NCBI GenBank assembly: GCA_965603825.1
Contig: CBFDEM010000012.1
Span: 124,001-188,000 of the forward strand
Direction of reading: 5' to 3'
DNA from: Blepharisma stoltei ATCC 30299
Lineage: Eukaryota; Protista; Ciliophora
Length of the DNA stretch: 64,000 bases
The notes under the pieces: generated by a model
What the model saw: only the letters and a program-made list of their open reading frames with translations
Database searches by the model: none
What the model was told of the DNA's origin: nothing
Shown: positions 11,836 to 23,908 of the stretch, piece after piece
How positions within the stretch are numbered: position 1 is the stretch's first letter
Layout of the letters: every line of letters begins with the position of its first letter
Translations under genes and position numbers: made by a program

Positions 11836-13152
11836 ATGAATTATTTTTGCTTTTTATTAGTATCTGCAATAGCCTATATCATTCCCAATACTTTTACCCA
11901 AAAAGACTGAGAAATAATTCTTTACACCTTTCAAGAACTCGCCCCAGATCTCGAACTAAGCCAATGCGGGAACAAATTTTGCGTAAAAGCAGAAAGAGAT
12001 ATATCAGCAGGGGAGCTATTACTAGGGCTTTCCTTTAAATATATTATATCCCCTTATGACTATAATCCACTTATTCATATCAACGCAACAGTTCAAGATG
12101 CTTTAGCTCTCTATATCTTACACGAGAAATTCAATGGAAATAGAGGGAATTTCATAAATTCCTATGTCCATTCTTTACCAACAGAAACCTACTTACCCTT
12201 AAATTGGACTTTACAGCAGCATGAATTATACCAAAATCTCAGCTTAAGGTGATGGCCAGTCCAAAACTCTGATGAATACTTGAAAAGGTGCCAAGTTTTC
12301 ACTGAAATGTTCCAATCTGCTAAAAGTGCATTACCAAGCGATCTATTTGAATGTGAAGCTTGGAAGTGGGCGTATTCCATTAAATCCATGAGAACTTTTA
12401 AAACCCATATAAGAGAGCTCCAAGCATTTGGCAGAGGGGGGAAATCCAAAGAAGACGGAGTTGTAAGAATTTTTCTTCCTGGCATCGATTTTATAGGATA
12501 TGATAAAAAAAGACTGGGAGATTCAAGTGGGGAATTTTTTGTGAATTTTAATAAATATCCAGAATCAATGAATTTGTTTGCGATGAGGAATTTTTATGAA
12601 GACTATGAAGTTTATAACTATTATGGAGCAAAATCAAATTTCGATATGATGAATGAATTAGGTGTTGTTTTTGAGAGAAATCCAAATGATATTTTTGTGA
12701 TCAGCATAAATAGCACTGAAAATTGTTTAGGGAGTAATTCTGACAATGCCTGTCATTATCAGCTTGGTGTAAAAGAAATAAATTGGAACTTATTTATGTA
12801 TTTAATTAGCGTCAATGACAAGTTTAGCTCAGATTTGAAAAAATATAAGTCTATTGCAACTTATTTTAATATAAAGACTGAGTATGCTGAGTTTCCAAAA
12901 GAAGATGAAGAGACTATACTAAGTTTTGAAAAAGCTATGAAAACATACCATTTGATTTTAAGCCGAACTTATGCCAATTTTAATGCTATCAGCTGAAGGG
13001 AATTAAGAAGAAAATCATCAGAATATACACAGCCTGCTGAAAAGCTGATATGGGATTACAGTGTTTCAGAAAGAGCTTCATTTTTTGAACATTTAAAAAA
13101 CTATGATAGATCTTATTTATTCTATCTATTAGGAAGCTTAAAGTTATTTTAA
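11836..13152 (+). CDS. SET-domain (Rubisco LSMT/SETD3-like) protein with a signal-peptide-like N-terminus, 438 aa
   Basis: Open with TGA=Trp from ATG 11836 to TAA 13152. VKAERDISAGELLLGFP, YVHSLP..LPLNW, WKWAYS..SMRTF, LPGIDF, EVYNYYGAKSN follow LSMT-family motif order. Confidence 0.72.
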
Positions 13153-13214
13153 TTTAAGACTAGATTAACATAAGTAAAATCATGATTTATAATATGAAAA
13201 ATGATTTAACAATA

Positions 13215-15680
13215 TTACCGACAAGATTTAGGGGGAGACCAATATCCTTCAAAATCCATTTTATGCCTTCGCTCTTCATTTCGCAGTTTTAGCTGTCTAT
13301 ATTTTCTTGATGTGATTATTTGGTCAATTTCTTGAGAATGCAGACTTGGATCGCATTTATAAAATACTGTACTTTTCCTATTAAGATAAAGATCAATTGA
13401 GTCATCAGGAATTGGAGCATAGCTTCGTGAAGTCATTGGTTCTGAATATCTAACTTGGCTTGGCTCTGTATATCTAATTTCGCCTGCTTTATTTTGTTCT
13501 TCTTTAAGCTCTTTGATCTTGCTTTTTAATTCAATATTTTCAAATTTAAGCTCTTTATATTGATTTGCTCAATACTCATTTACTTTATTGAGCCTTTCTG
13601 ACTCTTGAGTTTGATATTGAAGCATTTTCTCGATTTGATTTTTCAGTTTATTATGCTCAGCTAAGACTTCACTGAGACTGATGTCAGTAAATGTATATTG
13701 ATCACAAGTTGAAGCTTTTTTATTGAAAGAAAAATCCATATCTGTCTGTGTGGATTTTATAGAAGTTATGGAGTCGTCTGTTTGGATTCCAGTGTTAGTT
13801 GGTTTTTCTTCATTGGTTTGAGTAAAAGTTGAATTAAAATGAGAATTGTCTGTCTGACAAGAAATTGAAATAGCGTGCTTGGATCTTTCAGTTATTGAAA
13901 TTTTTAGATCACTAAGCGTTAGCTTTGAATCAATTTTATTAGAATCGCTGTGACTTGATAAGGAATTTTGATAGGCATATACATTTTGAGGTATAAATGG
14001 TAAAGGCTCAGCTTTTTGATACATGTCTCTATGGATTTCATTTTCATGATTAGGGCTTTTTATCCTTGGCTCATGATTCTCTTGATGCTTAAAAATATCA
14101 GGAGGTGCTATTTGAAGAACTGGAACAGTTTGATGATTTTCTGTTATAATTTCTTCCATAATTTCTTTATGCTTCTCAAAAGTGAATGAATTTTCTTTGA
14201 AGCTTGGCGATCTTTTAGGTGGCCTTTTAAGGCATATTAGCTCTTCAACACTCTGATCAATAGTTATTTTCGGTTTTCTCTGTTTCCTTGGCATTTCTAC
14301 GATTTCTGGGCATTTTTTTCATTCAAAATTCTTCATTCTATTTTGAATTTGGCATAAATCACTCAAAATTAAAGTTTTAGGGAGTATCAGCCCTCGACTA
14401 CTGGGAATCTCGGCATGGTACATTTTTTCAAAAGCCATTTGTAGTTCTCCTTTCCATTTAACCAATTCCATATTAATCCATTTCAGTTCTCCAAGCTCAC
14501 CATTATCAATAAAAGCACCAACCCAAGCTCCCTGGACGATTTTTGCTGTATACGTCAACAATTGGATGGAATTTAAATCCACATGTTCAACTATTCCTAC
14601 AAGAGCTGGATTAAAAATATAAGGTGCTAGCAGCCTGACTATTAATAGCCCATTCATTTCATTTCAATAATCATCCCTTCCTTTAATTTCTTTTATAATT
14701 TTGCAGATTTCGCAGATATATTTGCATAATCATGGACTGATTGTATTTAGATGCTCCAATGTATGATTTAAAGAAGACATTAAATCAGAAACACATGCTT
14801 TATATTGTTCAGTTTTAATAAATGTGGAGATATCGTATCTTGATGCTGTAAAAAGCTGGATTAAAGTTCTGACGTTAGAGGCTACGCTGCTTTCTATAAA
14901 TGATGAAGCATGCATAGCAGTAAAAACGTGTGGGATTAAGGCTAATTTATCATTTTGTATATTCCTAAATGCATAATTTTTTGTGTCTAATGAGCCTATT
15001 GAAGAAATTAAATATCTCTTGGTTAAATTCATAAGGGAAGTCCATCCTTCTCCTTTGACAGCTGTATACATCATTTTTTTATAAGGATCCTTATTTGGCT
15101 CAGTATTTCTATATGAATACTCAAAAATTCTTAATAAATTTGTTACCATCGCTTCTGTTCCTTTATCTCTGAGATATAATGCTAGCATTTCGTCTTCTTC
15201 TATTAAAGTAAAATGCGTATCTTTAAGATGCAAGGTTTCTTCTCCTTTGCTATTGACTGATGATAAAAGAATCGGACTTAGTCTGTTTTCTATTTTATAA
15301 TTCAATTTCCATTCAAAAAGGGTCCATAAGAGCTGATTTTCCCAGTCTTTTCAGTTTCTTGACAAATTTCTTTCCATGACACCTATCCCATCATCAAGGA
15401 TTTTTCCAAGAAACAGCACATCTGAGGAGCCTTTTGAGTTTTTCCGAAAATTCAGAACAATTGTGTTGATTATATGAAGGGTTATGATAGCCGCGCATTC
15501 TTTTTCTGTTTCTAATGACCCTATTAAGAGCGGAATAAATAAATCTTTGGAATCTGGATTGTTGATCACTATCGTAGTTAGCTTATTAAGGGCTGATATA
15601 TCAATAAGATATTTATCAGATCTTGATGTTAGATAACGCAACCAAATTTGAAAGTCTTGTTGGATACTTGCTTCATGCAT
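13215..15680 (-). CDS. Divergent RasGAP-like protein with TQT repeats and a coiled coil, 821 aa
   Basis: Five ORFs in one frame joined by TGA. IVRLLAPYIFNP...LLTYTAKIVQG resembles the RasGAP FLR..PAI..P / L..IAK.LQ signature. Confidence 0.65.
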
Positions 15681-16298
15681 TGAATTTTATGAAGATAAAT
15701 GGTTTTTATTATCTTAAAACTTAATATAATGGATATGAAAAGAGATGAAAGATGATCAATAAATTTAAATTTTTCTTATTTTTATATGGAAATACTAAAT
15801 TTTGGTTTAGATATGCTATAGATAAATATGCTGAAAAATAATTCTTAGGATTCGAAATATCAAAGAAGTATTAGATTAGGAGGCCAATTATATGCTATAT
15901 TATCAACAAATATAGTAGGGCTCTATTAAATTGCTTCTTAAATCTGTTAAATATTTTTATGATTGATATAAACCGTTTTGGCAAATGCTTAATAAATAGA
16001 TCTTGTCGATAAAAATAGCTAATAATTGCTAAAATACTCGGATGCTCACTTGAAGAGGGTTTAAACTTATCATAAAAGCTAGGACAGTAATTTTAAATAT
16101 GAATAAATAAAGCAAAGAAATTCTAATTTATTGTGATGGCAGTAAACTGATATTAGTTTACAATGGTTAGGCTTCATCATTATCTACCCTTGAGGCAGTA
16201 CTTATATGCACTTATTAATTTATTCAAGCACAATTACTATTGATATCAAATTGCTTAAAGATACCAAAACTGTTGCAATATAAATATTTTATTTATAA

Positions 16299-16913
16299 TT
16301 ACATTGATTTAAATAGATTTTCAGTTCTTGTATACACTTCCCACAGCTCCGCATTGTCTATTCCTGCTATTTTCGGTTTTTCTCTAATTGAAGCTATTTT
16401 TGTTATTATCCTTTCCTTTTCAAAATCTTCAATCAGCCCTTTCGCTAAAATTTCATTCAAGCTTTCATATAGTTTTTCATATTCTTTTATTTTTGATTTA
16501 TAGACTTCTTTTTCTCTATTGATAATTTCAATCCTCTTTTTTATTACTTCAATGCTTTTTTGGTTATTTACCTTCGTATTTGTCAATGCATCAAAGTTTC
16601 CTTTAGCTTCTTGAAATTTTGAAATTTGTGCAATAAATCTTGTTTTTTCTTCATCGGGCTTTGGATCTTTTCGCTTGCTTAGCTTGGAATTTTTAGGCTT
16701 AAAAAACGAGCCTTTAATGTGTTGAGTTTTTGTTAGACTTTTTAGAGATAAGGTTTCGAAAAATTTTGGCTTTGTTGTCATTGGGAATATTGGAGTTATA
16801 AGTTTGGTTGATAACTCTTCATCAATTAGTTGAATTGACATTCTTTTGCGATGGTGAGGCTTTAAATTCGATAAAGAATTGTCTCTGAAGGCTGATAATG
16901 GGCGTGCTGACAT
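16299..16913 (-). CDS. Hypothetical basic coiled-coil protein, 204 aa
   Basis: ATG to TAA ORF flanked by AT-rich intergenic DNA; no recognised domain. Confidence 0.7.
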   Translation of the reverse strand: MSARPLSAFRDNSLSNLKPHHRKRMSIQLIDEELSTKLITPIFPMTTKPKFFETLSLKSLTKTQHIKGSFFKPKNSKLSKRKDPKPDEEKTRFIAQISKFQEAKGNFDALTNTKVNNQKSIEVIKKRIEIINREKEVYKSKIKEYEKLYESLNEILAKGLIEDFEKERIITKIASIREKPKIAGIDNAELWEVYTRTENLFKSM

Positions 16914-17368
16914 ATTTTATCCAACGTCTTAGGAATTATATGGAAGCTTTGTCCATTATTATTTTAGGAAGAAAATTAGAACTATGCTAATTGTGTATAA
17001 CTAAATTCAAAATCAGTAGTGACAAATTAAAAATAGCTGTAAAGTTAAAACGTCTTTACGATTATCATTCATATATTGCAAGGTAATCTCTTCAAATGAA
17101 ATGGAAAAATTAATTGCAAAAACAACAAAAATGGTAAAATATTAAGAGAAAATACATAAGCCAATTTTAAAATTTCAAGAATTAGTCTTGATATGAATAG
17201 TCTTTAAGAAATATAAACTTAAATGCAAAAACGCAATTTAAATGAGAAAATATTTTTATTGCATAGCTTAGATGTAAACTCATATAGTGAAAGCAGAGTT
17301 TTAAGAAATAAATGCTTTTTTGTTGAAAATATTTTGTGAATGATCTAAATGATAATCTAGATTTATAA

Positions 17369-18382
17369 ATGAAAAAATCGAGGTCACAAGTAAGAAGATC
17401 AACTTGTAGCATTTCGCATGTTCTGCATAAAATAGATACTTTAGAGTCAAAAACAAAGCGAGTTTTATATGCCTTGGGCTATAGAAGCAGCGAAATTTCT
17501 AAGACTTTCAGACAAATGATAACGGTGTGTAATTCTGTATCAATTGTATTTCTTCAATTTGATTTATTGCATGAAGCTCTTTACGTTCTTCAAAAAGCTG
17601 TGCAAACTGATACATGCATGTTTTTTGAAGGAGAATTTGAGGATAGGACATGGCAGAGCCGGCCATTAATATATTGCAACTTGGGATATTTACTTTTAAG
17701 AGTTAAAGACTACACAGGAAGTTTGAAATTTTTATATGACGCAGAAAGCCTACTAATAGAAATAAAACAAATGTCAAACGTCGGGCAAGAAGCTAACTTA
17801 GGTGATATGGCTTTATCACACGCTGCTATTACATTCCTTGTTCTTTGTAGCATCCAAAGATATGAGCAAGCAGAAAAATATTTAGAGTCTGCTACCGAGC
17901 AGCTAAATTTAATCATTAGAGGTGATCGACAAAGTAGGATAAATCGATCAGGCTGCTCAAACTTATATTGCCTATTTACATTAGCTATTGAAATTATCCA
18001 GCTTGTTAATGGTGGAGATCTCGCTGCTGCTTTATCAAGATGCAAAAGTACATTAAAACAAATAAAAGAAGAAAAATCAGCATCAACAGCTTTATTAGAA
18101 AAATTTGTAAAATCTGGAAGCTATGATGAAGGGATCAATATTTTATTATCAGACGAATATAGAAGCATAATGTTTATCACAACATTTTTCCCTTTTATCG
18201 CCCCAAGAACTCCTGTAATTAATTTTTCAGAACTTTCACGAGCACAAGAAAAAGCCAGGGCAAATCCACTTACAAAAAGAGAAATGGCAACTATAATAAG
18301 CGCTACAGCTCGCCACGAAGGACAAGACAATTATGCATTAATTATGAAAGATGCTTTAGCTAATGCTAAAAAAACAATATAA
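17369..18382 (+). CDS. TPR-like helical repeat protein, 337 aa
   Basis: LIYCNLGYLLLRVKDYTGSLKFLYDA and LVLCSIQRYEQAEKYLESA are TPR-like. Confidence 0.75.
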   Translation: MKKSRSQVRRSTCSISHVLHKIDTLESKTKRVLYALGYRSSEISKTFRQMITVCNSVSIVFLQFDLLHEALYVLQKAVQTDTCMFFEGEFEDRTWQSRPLIYCNLGYLLLRVKDYTGSLKFLYDAESLLIEIKQMSNVGQEANLGDMALSHAAITFLVLCSIQRYEQAEKYLESATEQLNLIIRGDRQSRINRSGCSNLYCLFTLAIEIIQLVNGGDLAAALSRCKSTLKQIKEEKSASTALLEKFVKSGSYDEGINILLSDEYRSIMFITTFFPFIAPRTPVINFSELSRAQEKARANPLTKREMATIISATARHEGQDNYALIMKDALANAKKTI

Positions 18383-18431
18383 TTATTATGTAATTTTCCA
18401 GTTAAATAAACCTACTAATTTAACAATTCTA

Positions 18432-19778
18432 ATGGATTATTTACTTTCACCGAAACTTGAGTTTTGTGCTATAGGAAAATCAAGTATTTCAAGGTCAAGA
18501 TTTACTTGTGCGCAAACTGATTATTTTAATCCTTTGACACATAAAGTAAAGCTTGCTCTAGAACAACTTTATGGGAATTTGCAAACAGCTTGAACTCATC
18601 TTAAACATTGGCTACCTGAAGAGCTTAGTATTAGTGATATTGAAGTACTGCTTGATTTTCTCAAAATAAATAGCACTGAAAACGACCTTAAATCACTATT
18701 AGGACCAAATTTTAAAAAAACAATTTCATTTGATTCATTCCAAAAACTTTTTGTATCAGAAGAATTCAAAGGCCAAGGGTTGCTAATAACAGAAACAGAC
18801 ACAAATAAAAATTCTCAAGCTATTATCAAATTAATAACTCATTTGAAAGGAAAATTTGAAAACATAAGGGAAATGTCGACATCAATTTTTGGGAGCCACA
18901 TGTTTTTGTCAATCCACGAGTTTTTTAAGGTATGTGAGGTGCTTCATATTGATTTTGACATGATAGAAAAAACTGAACTCCAAAACTTGCTTGACCCTGG
19001 AGAATTAGGGATTGTTGAAAAAGATTTATTAATGATTTTATTTAAGAAATATGAAAGCAGCGAAGAAGCTGTTCATTTAAACCCAATAGATGAAGAATTT
19101 AAAGAAAAAATAAAAAAAATGTTCCCTAATTTTGAGTCAGCCTTTATATGAGCAACCTCAGGGAGAAAAATAAATTATTTTCAACTGCAGAATCTATTTG
19201 ATTATTTAGGGATCCCTTATAATGAATATACCCTTAAAACTTTTTTAAAGAGACATTCATCTACAGGAAATTTGAAAATCCAAGATCTAAAGAAAATATG
19301 AGAAGGGTCTGGGCTCTGCTCAAGATCGCATTGTCGTTCTCCTGCAAAGCAATTTACTGATTATTGTAATATTCATAGCAGAAATTTTAGTGAAAGAGGA
19401 AAAATGGCAATTGGAAAATTGCTGAAGGAAAGCGATCATATGAAATCGAAGAAAATTGTCAAATCGTTAGATAAACTGAAAATAAAATCAGGATTTAAAT
19501 TAAGTGTTGGAGAGCTCAAATGTAATCTTTCGCCTTTTTTCAGGTCAAAAGCAGATTTATGCGCGCATGACTGAAAAGGAATTATTGAGTATTTGAAAAC
19601 GTCTCGAAATGCGTCACCAAAAAGAATTTTAATGAAGCCAATTGATAAGAGGCATCACTCATTAACACCAATACCAAAAGCAGGAGGATTTCATCCAAGT
19701 CCAATAAAACAAAATAAATCACAAATTGCAGAAGGGACTTTACTTTCAATATCTGTAAACGCATCTGTAAGTAATTAA
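18432..19778 (+). CDS. Hypothetical protein with degenerate EF-hand-like repeats and a C-x4-C-x10-C-x2-H finger, 448 aa
   Basis: Three ORFs in one frame joined by TGA. LLDPGELGIVEKD is EF-like; CSRSHCRSPAKQFTDYCNIH at 19317-19376. Confidence 0.72.
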
Positions 19779-20042
19779 ATTATTATTTAAATAAATAAAA
19801 ATTAGATTTCTTTTAAAATAATATTAATAATTTTTCAATTTTAAATATGATGTGCACAGATGCCAAATTTCAAAAATAGCTATTTTGACAGCGCGGCAGA
19901 TATGATTTATATCAATCTCAATAATTAAGAAAATAATATTCAAAAGCTCGCGTAAATAATTAAATTTGTTAATAAATTATTTTCCCTATCATCCTGATTT
20001 ATCAATATATGCACTAAATACAATTATAAATTGTTATAATTT

Positions 20043-21032
20043 ATGGTCTCCAATCCTTCTGATTTAAACATAGACAGCATTATTGATAAGCTTTTAGAAG
20101 TAAGAGGCTCGAGACCAGGAAGGCAAGTAAATCTTACAGAACAAGAAGTTAGAGGATTATGCATCAGATCTCGAGAAGTTTTTATGTCACAGCCTATTTT
20201 ACTAGAACTTGAAGCGCCTTTGAAAATCTGTGGAGACATTCACGGGCAATATTATGACTTGCTCCGACTATTTGAATACGGTGGTTTTCCTCCTGAATCC
20301 AATTATCTTTTTCTTGGAGATTACGTCGATCGAGGGAAACAAAGCTTAGAAACAATTTGCCTTCTGCTTGCTTACAAAATAAAATACCCAGAAAATTTCT
20401 TTTTACTTCGAGGAAACCACGAATGTGCGTCAATAAATCGAATTTATGGGTTTTACGACGAATGCAAGAGGAGATATAACATAAAGCTATGGAAAACTTT
20501 TACAGACTGCTTTAACTGTATGCCAGTTGCGGGGCTTATTGATGACAAAATATTTTGTATGCATGGAGGCTTGTCTCCAGACCTTACGAACATGGAACAG
20601 GTCAGACGAATTATGAGACCAATTGACGTCCCTGATACTGGACTTTTATGTGATTTATTATGGAGTGACCCTGATAAAGAAGCGCAAGGTTGGGGAGAAA
20701 ATGAAAGAGGAGTCTCTTTTACATTTGGCGCTGAAATTGTTAGCCAATTTTTGAAAAGGCAAGACTTAGATTTAATTTGTAGAGCACATCAAGTTGTTGA
20801 AGATGGCTACGAATTTTTTGCAAAAAGACAGCTGGTTACATTGTTTTCAGCACCAAATTATTGTGGAGAGTTTGACAATGCTGGGGCTATTATGAGTATC
20901 GATGAAAGCTTGATGTGCAGCTTTCAAATATTGAAGCCAGCTGAAAAAAAATTGGGAGCAATGGCTGGGATGTCAGCTGGAAGGCCTTATACTCCTCCGA
21001 GAGCAAAAATCCCGCAAAAGAGTTTTACTTAA
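20043..21032 (+). CDS. PP1: Ser/Thr protein phosphatase 1 catalytic subunit, 329 aa
   Basis: [30 protein letters not shown] and C-terminal TPPR. Confidence 0.98.
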   Translation: MVSNPSDLNIDSIIDKLLEVRGSRPGRQVNLTEQEVRGLCIRSREVFMSQPILLELEAPLKICGDIHGQYYDLLRLFEYGGFPPESNYLFLGDYVDRGKQSLETICLLLAYKIKYPENFFLLRGNHECASINRIYGFYDECKRRYNIKLWKTFTDCFNCMPVAGLIDDKIFCMHGGLSPDLTNMEQVRRIMRPIDVPDTGLLCDLLWSDPDKEAQGWGENERGVSFTFGAEIVSQFLKRQDLDLICRAHQVVEDGYEFFAKRQLVTLFSAPNYCGEFDNAGAIMSIDESLMCSFQILKPAEKKLGAMAGMSAGRPYTPPRAKIPQKSFT

Positions 21033-21289
21033 ATACTAAACTAACAAACAATCTAAATTTTATAAAATACACAAAAATAATTTTTTTTTAATTTTACATC
21101 TTTTGCTTAAATCTCTATCATTATTAATTTTAGCTTTCATTTGTTAATGATTTAGATAAGTTTGCTTTTTAATTTTGAAAAAAGTTCAAATATCATATTA
21201 TCACTGTAGAAATAAAATGCACTTGCGATAAACTTAAGTATTTAATTTTTTATTGGTAGATTTTAGGATATAAATATTGAATATTTTGA

Positions 21290-23395
21290 ATGGAAGTCAA
21301 ACAAAATTGGTGGAAAGAAGAAGTTGAATCTGCGTACAAAGTATTAGTAATAACATCGATTATGGGCGTTGTATCAGCTATGCTAAGGGTTGTTAAAGAG
21401 CTTATTAATCCAGCGAACTCTCATTGGACAACTTTCATACCTTTCACTCTGTCATATATACTAGTTTGTGCATTGATAACTCTTGCTTCAAAATCAAGTA
21501 GCAAATATAAATACTTTATCTTGATATTCATGGCAGAGTTTTATAATATTGCTTTGTCCTATTATTCTAAAAGACTTATACAAGGCTCTTTCTTTGAAAT
21601 GTTTGCATTTATTCTTAGAGCACAGTATCAATTTCCTATAACGCATACAAAATTCGGATACTCTTGTATTATAATTATTCATATGTACCTTTGGCATTAT
21701 GAAGTTTATGATGATTTTTCAAAATTAGTTTTTCATACACTAATTTTTCTTTTTACCTGTGGTGTCTTTTGATCTCATTCCTTAAAAATTTCATATGAGC
21801 ATTTTGCTTACAGGAATCAGCTTGAAATTACAGCGAACCGATTAAACACAATTACACAGTCACTTTTTGATGGAATAATTATAGTTTCATCATCAGGTGA
21901 AATTAAATTCTTTAACGAAAAATCTTTGCATTTATTAAACATAGAAGAAAGTAATTTAAAGCATCTGCTTTGTGAAATTCAATATGCAAATAAAAAAAAA
22001 TTTTCCCATTTTAGTGTCACCAATCTGCTATGAGATGATATTAATTATCTTCTTAGCAATCCAAATACACTAGAAAATGAATTAGGAATAACATTATCGG
22101 CTGCCATTAACCTTGAATGAAAAGCTTGCAATACAATTTGGGAAGGTCAACCTGCATTATTTCTTTCAATTAAAAATGCAAATCACATTATCATTTTAGA
22201 AGAAGATATCGCTAAAGAAAACCTAAAAAACTTAATATTGCGTTCTGCATCCCATGAGCTAAAAACCCCTTTGAACTCAATTCTTCACTTTACTAATGAA
22301 CTTCTTGAAAATTTTAGTCTAAAAAACGAAGAAATTAAGAAAAAATTAATGACAATATCAGTCTCAAGCAAACTCATGGTATCTTTAATAAATGATCTTC
22401 TTGATTATTCAAAAATTTTAGCAGAAGAGCTTAAAATCAATAAAATACATTGCGATATTAGAAGCATTATTAGCAATACTTGTGATTTAATTCACCTACA
22501 AGCTGAAAGAAAAGGGATTTCTGTAATATGCAGAATTGATCCAATGCTACCCTCACAATTTTTTATTGATCCCATGAGGTTTAGTCAAGTCCTTTTAAAT
22601 TTAGTAACAAATGCAGTAAGGCACACTTTGAAAGGAAAAATTGAAATATCTTGCGTGATGACTCATAAAAATAAATTAAAGTTTTCTGTTGAAGATTCAG
22701 GAATTGGGATCGAAAAAAGTGCTTTAGAAAAAATGTTTAAAAATTTAAATTCTCGTGCAATGCCTTGAATTGATTTAAAAGGTAACGGACTTGGTCTATA
22801 TATTTCAAATTTATTGATCAAGCTTATGGGTGGAAAAGGAGTTAAAGCCAATTCGATTCTCGGCAAAGGATCGATCTTTTATTTTTCAATTAATGTCAAC
22901 GGGCTAAGCAAAGCAGACTGTTTTGATTTTCAAATTAATAGCAATGAGCTTGAAGAAGATGCATATCCTGAAAAATCTTTTAGAATGCAAAGTTTTAAGG
23001 ACATTGAAAAAGGTTCAGTACTAATAGTTGATGACGTTGAGTTTAATCTGGAAGTTTTAGCTACAATTTTAAAGGAATATCAAATTTCTTTCATAGAAGC
23101 CTCAAATGGTCAAATTGCTGTTGATAAAGTTATGGAGAAAGATGCTGCTGGGGTACCATTTAAAGCAATTATCATGGACTGCAGCATGCCTGTAATGGAT
23201 GGATGAAGTGCAGCAAAAATTATAAATGCTTACTATAAGGAAAATAAAATTAAGCATCTCCCAAATATTATTGGATACTCTGCGTATGACGCTGATGAAG
23301 ACAGAAAATTGTGTTTTGAAAATGGAATGGTTGACTTTTTACAAAAGCCATGCAAATCTGAAGATCTGATCAGGACTGTTATAAAATATTTATAA
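21290..23395 (+). CDS. Membrane hybrid histidine kinase HK1 (class B): TM sensor, PAS-like, HisKA, HATPase, receiver; 701 aa
   Basis: One frame with TGA=Trp. SHELKTPLN, NLVTNAVRHT, DSGIGI, GNGLGL, VDD...IMDCSMP...KP; TAA at 23393-23395. Confidence 0.92.
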
Positions 23396-23908
23396 TAGTG
23401 ATTGCAAGAATTAGAATATTGTTTGCAAACTATGGGCCATTTCTAAGTAAATTAATATAAATAAGATTTAATGATTTCAAATCAAATTTAAAGTATAAAG
23501 ATGAAAAATAGTTGATAAGATTTGATCTAATTAAAAAAAATTAAAAATATTTCAAAGAGATTCTCAGGATTCAAAATATAATTATAAATTTAAGCCTAAA
23601 AGATAGAAAGGCGTTTAAATTGACATCAATGTAATTAATGAAATTAAAAAATATAGTTAGCGCTTTGCAAAATAATAATAAAACTAACTAAAAATGCCCT
23701 TGATATTTTTTTTTATTTCAAATCGGAAACTATTTATTTCAAAAGCAATGCAAATGAGCAGTTTTGAGTGGGGGAAAAGATTAACGTACTGAGACTCATG
23801 CTTTGATTTAAATCTATGCTATTTTTATATATAAATAATTTTTCAAGTAAAATTCGAGTAATGAGCTTTCTTCACTAAAACGGAGTTTTATGTGGCCTTA
23901 TAATAATT

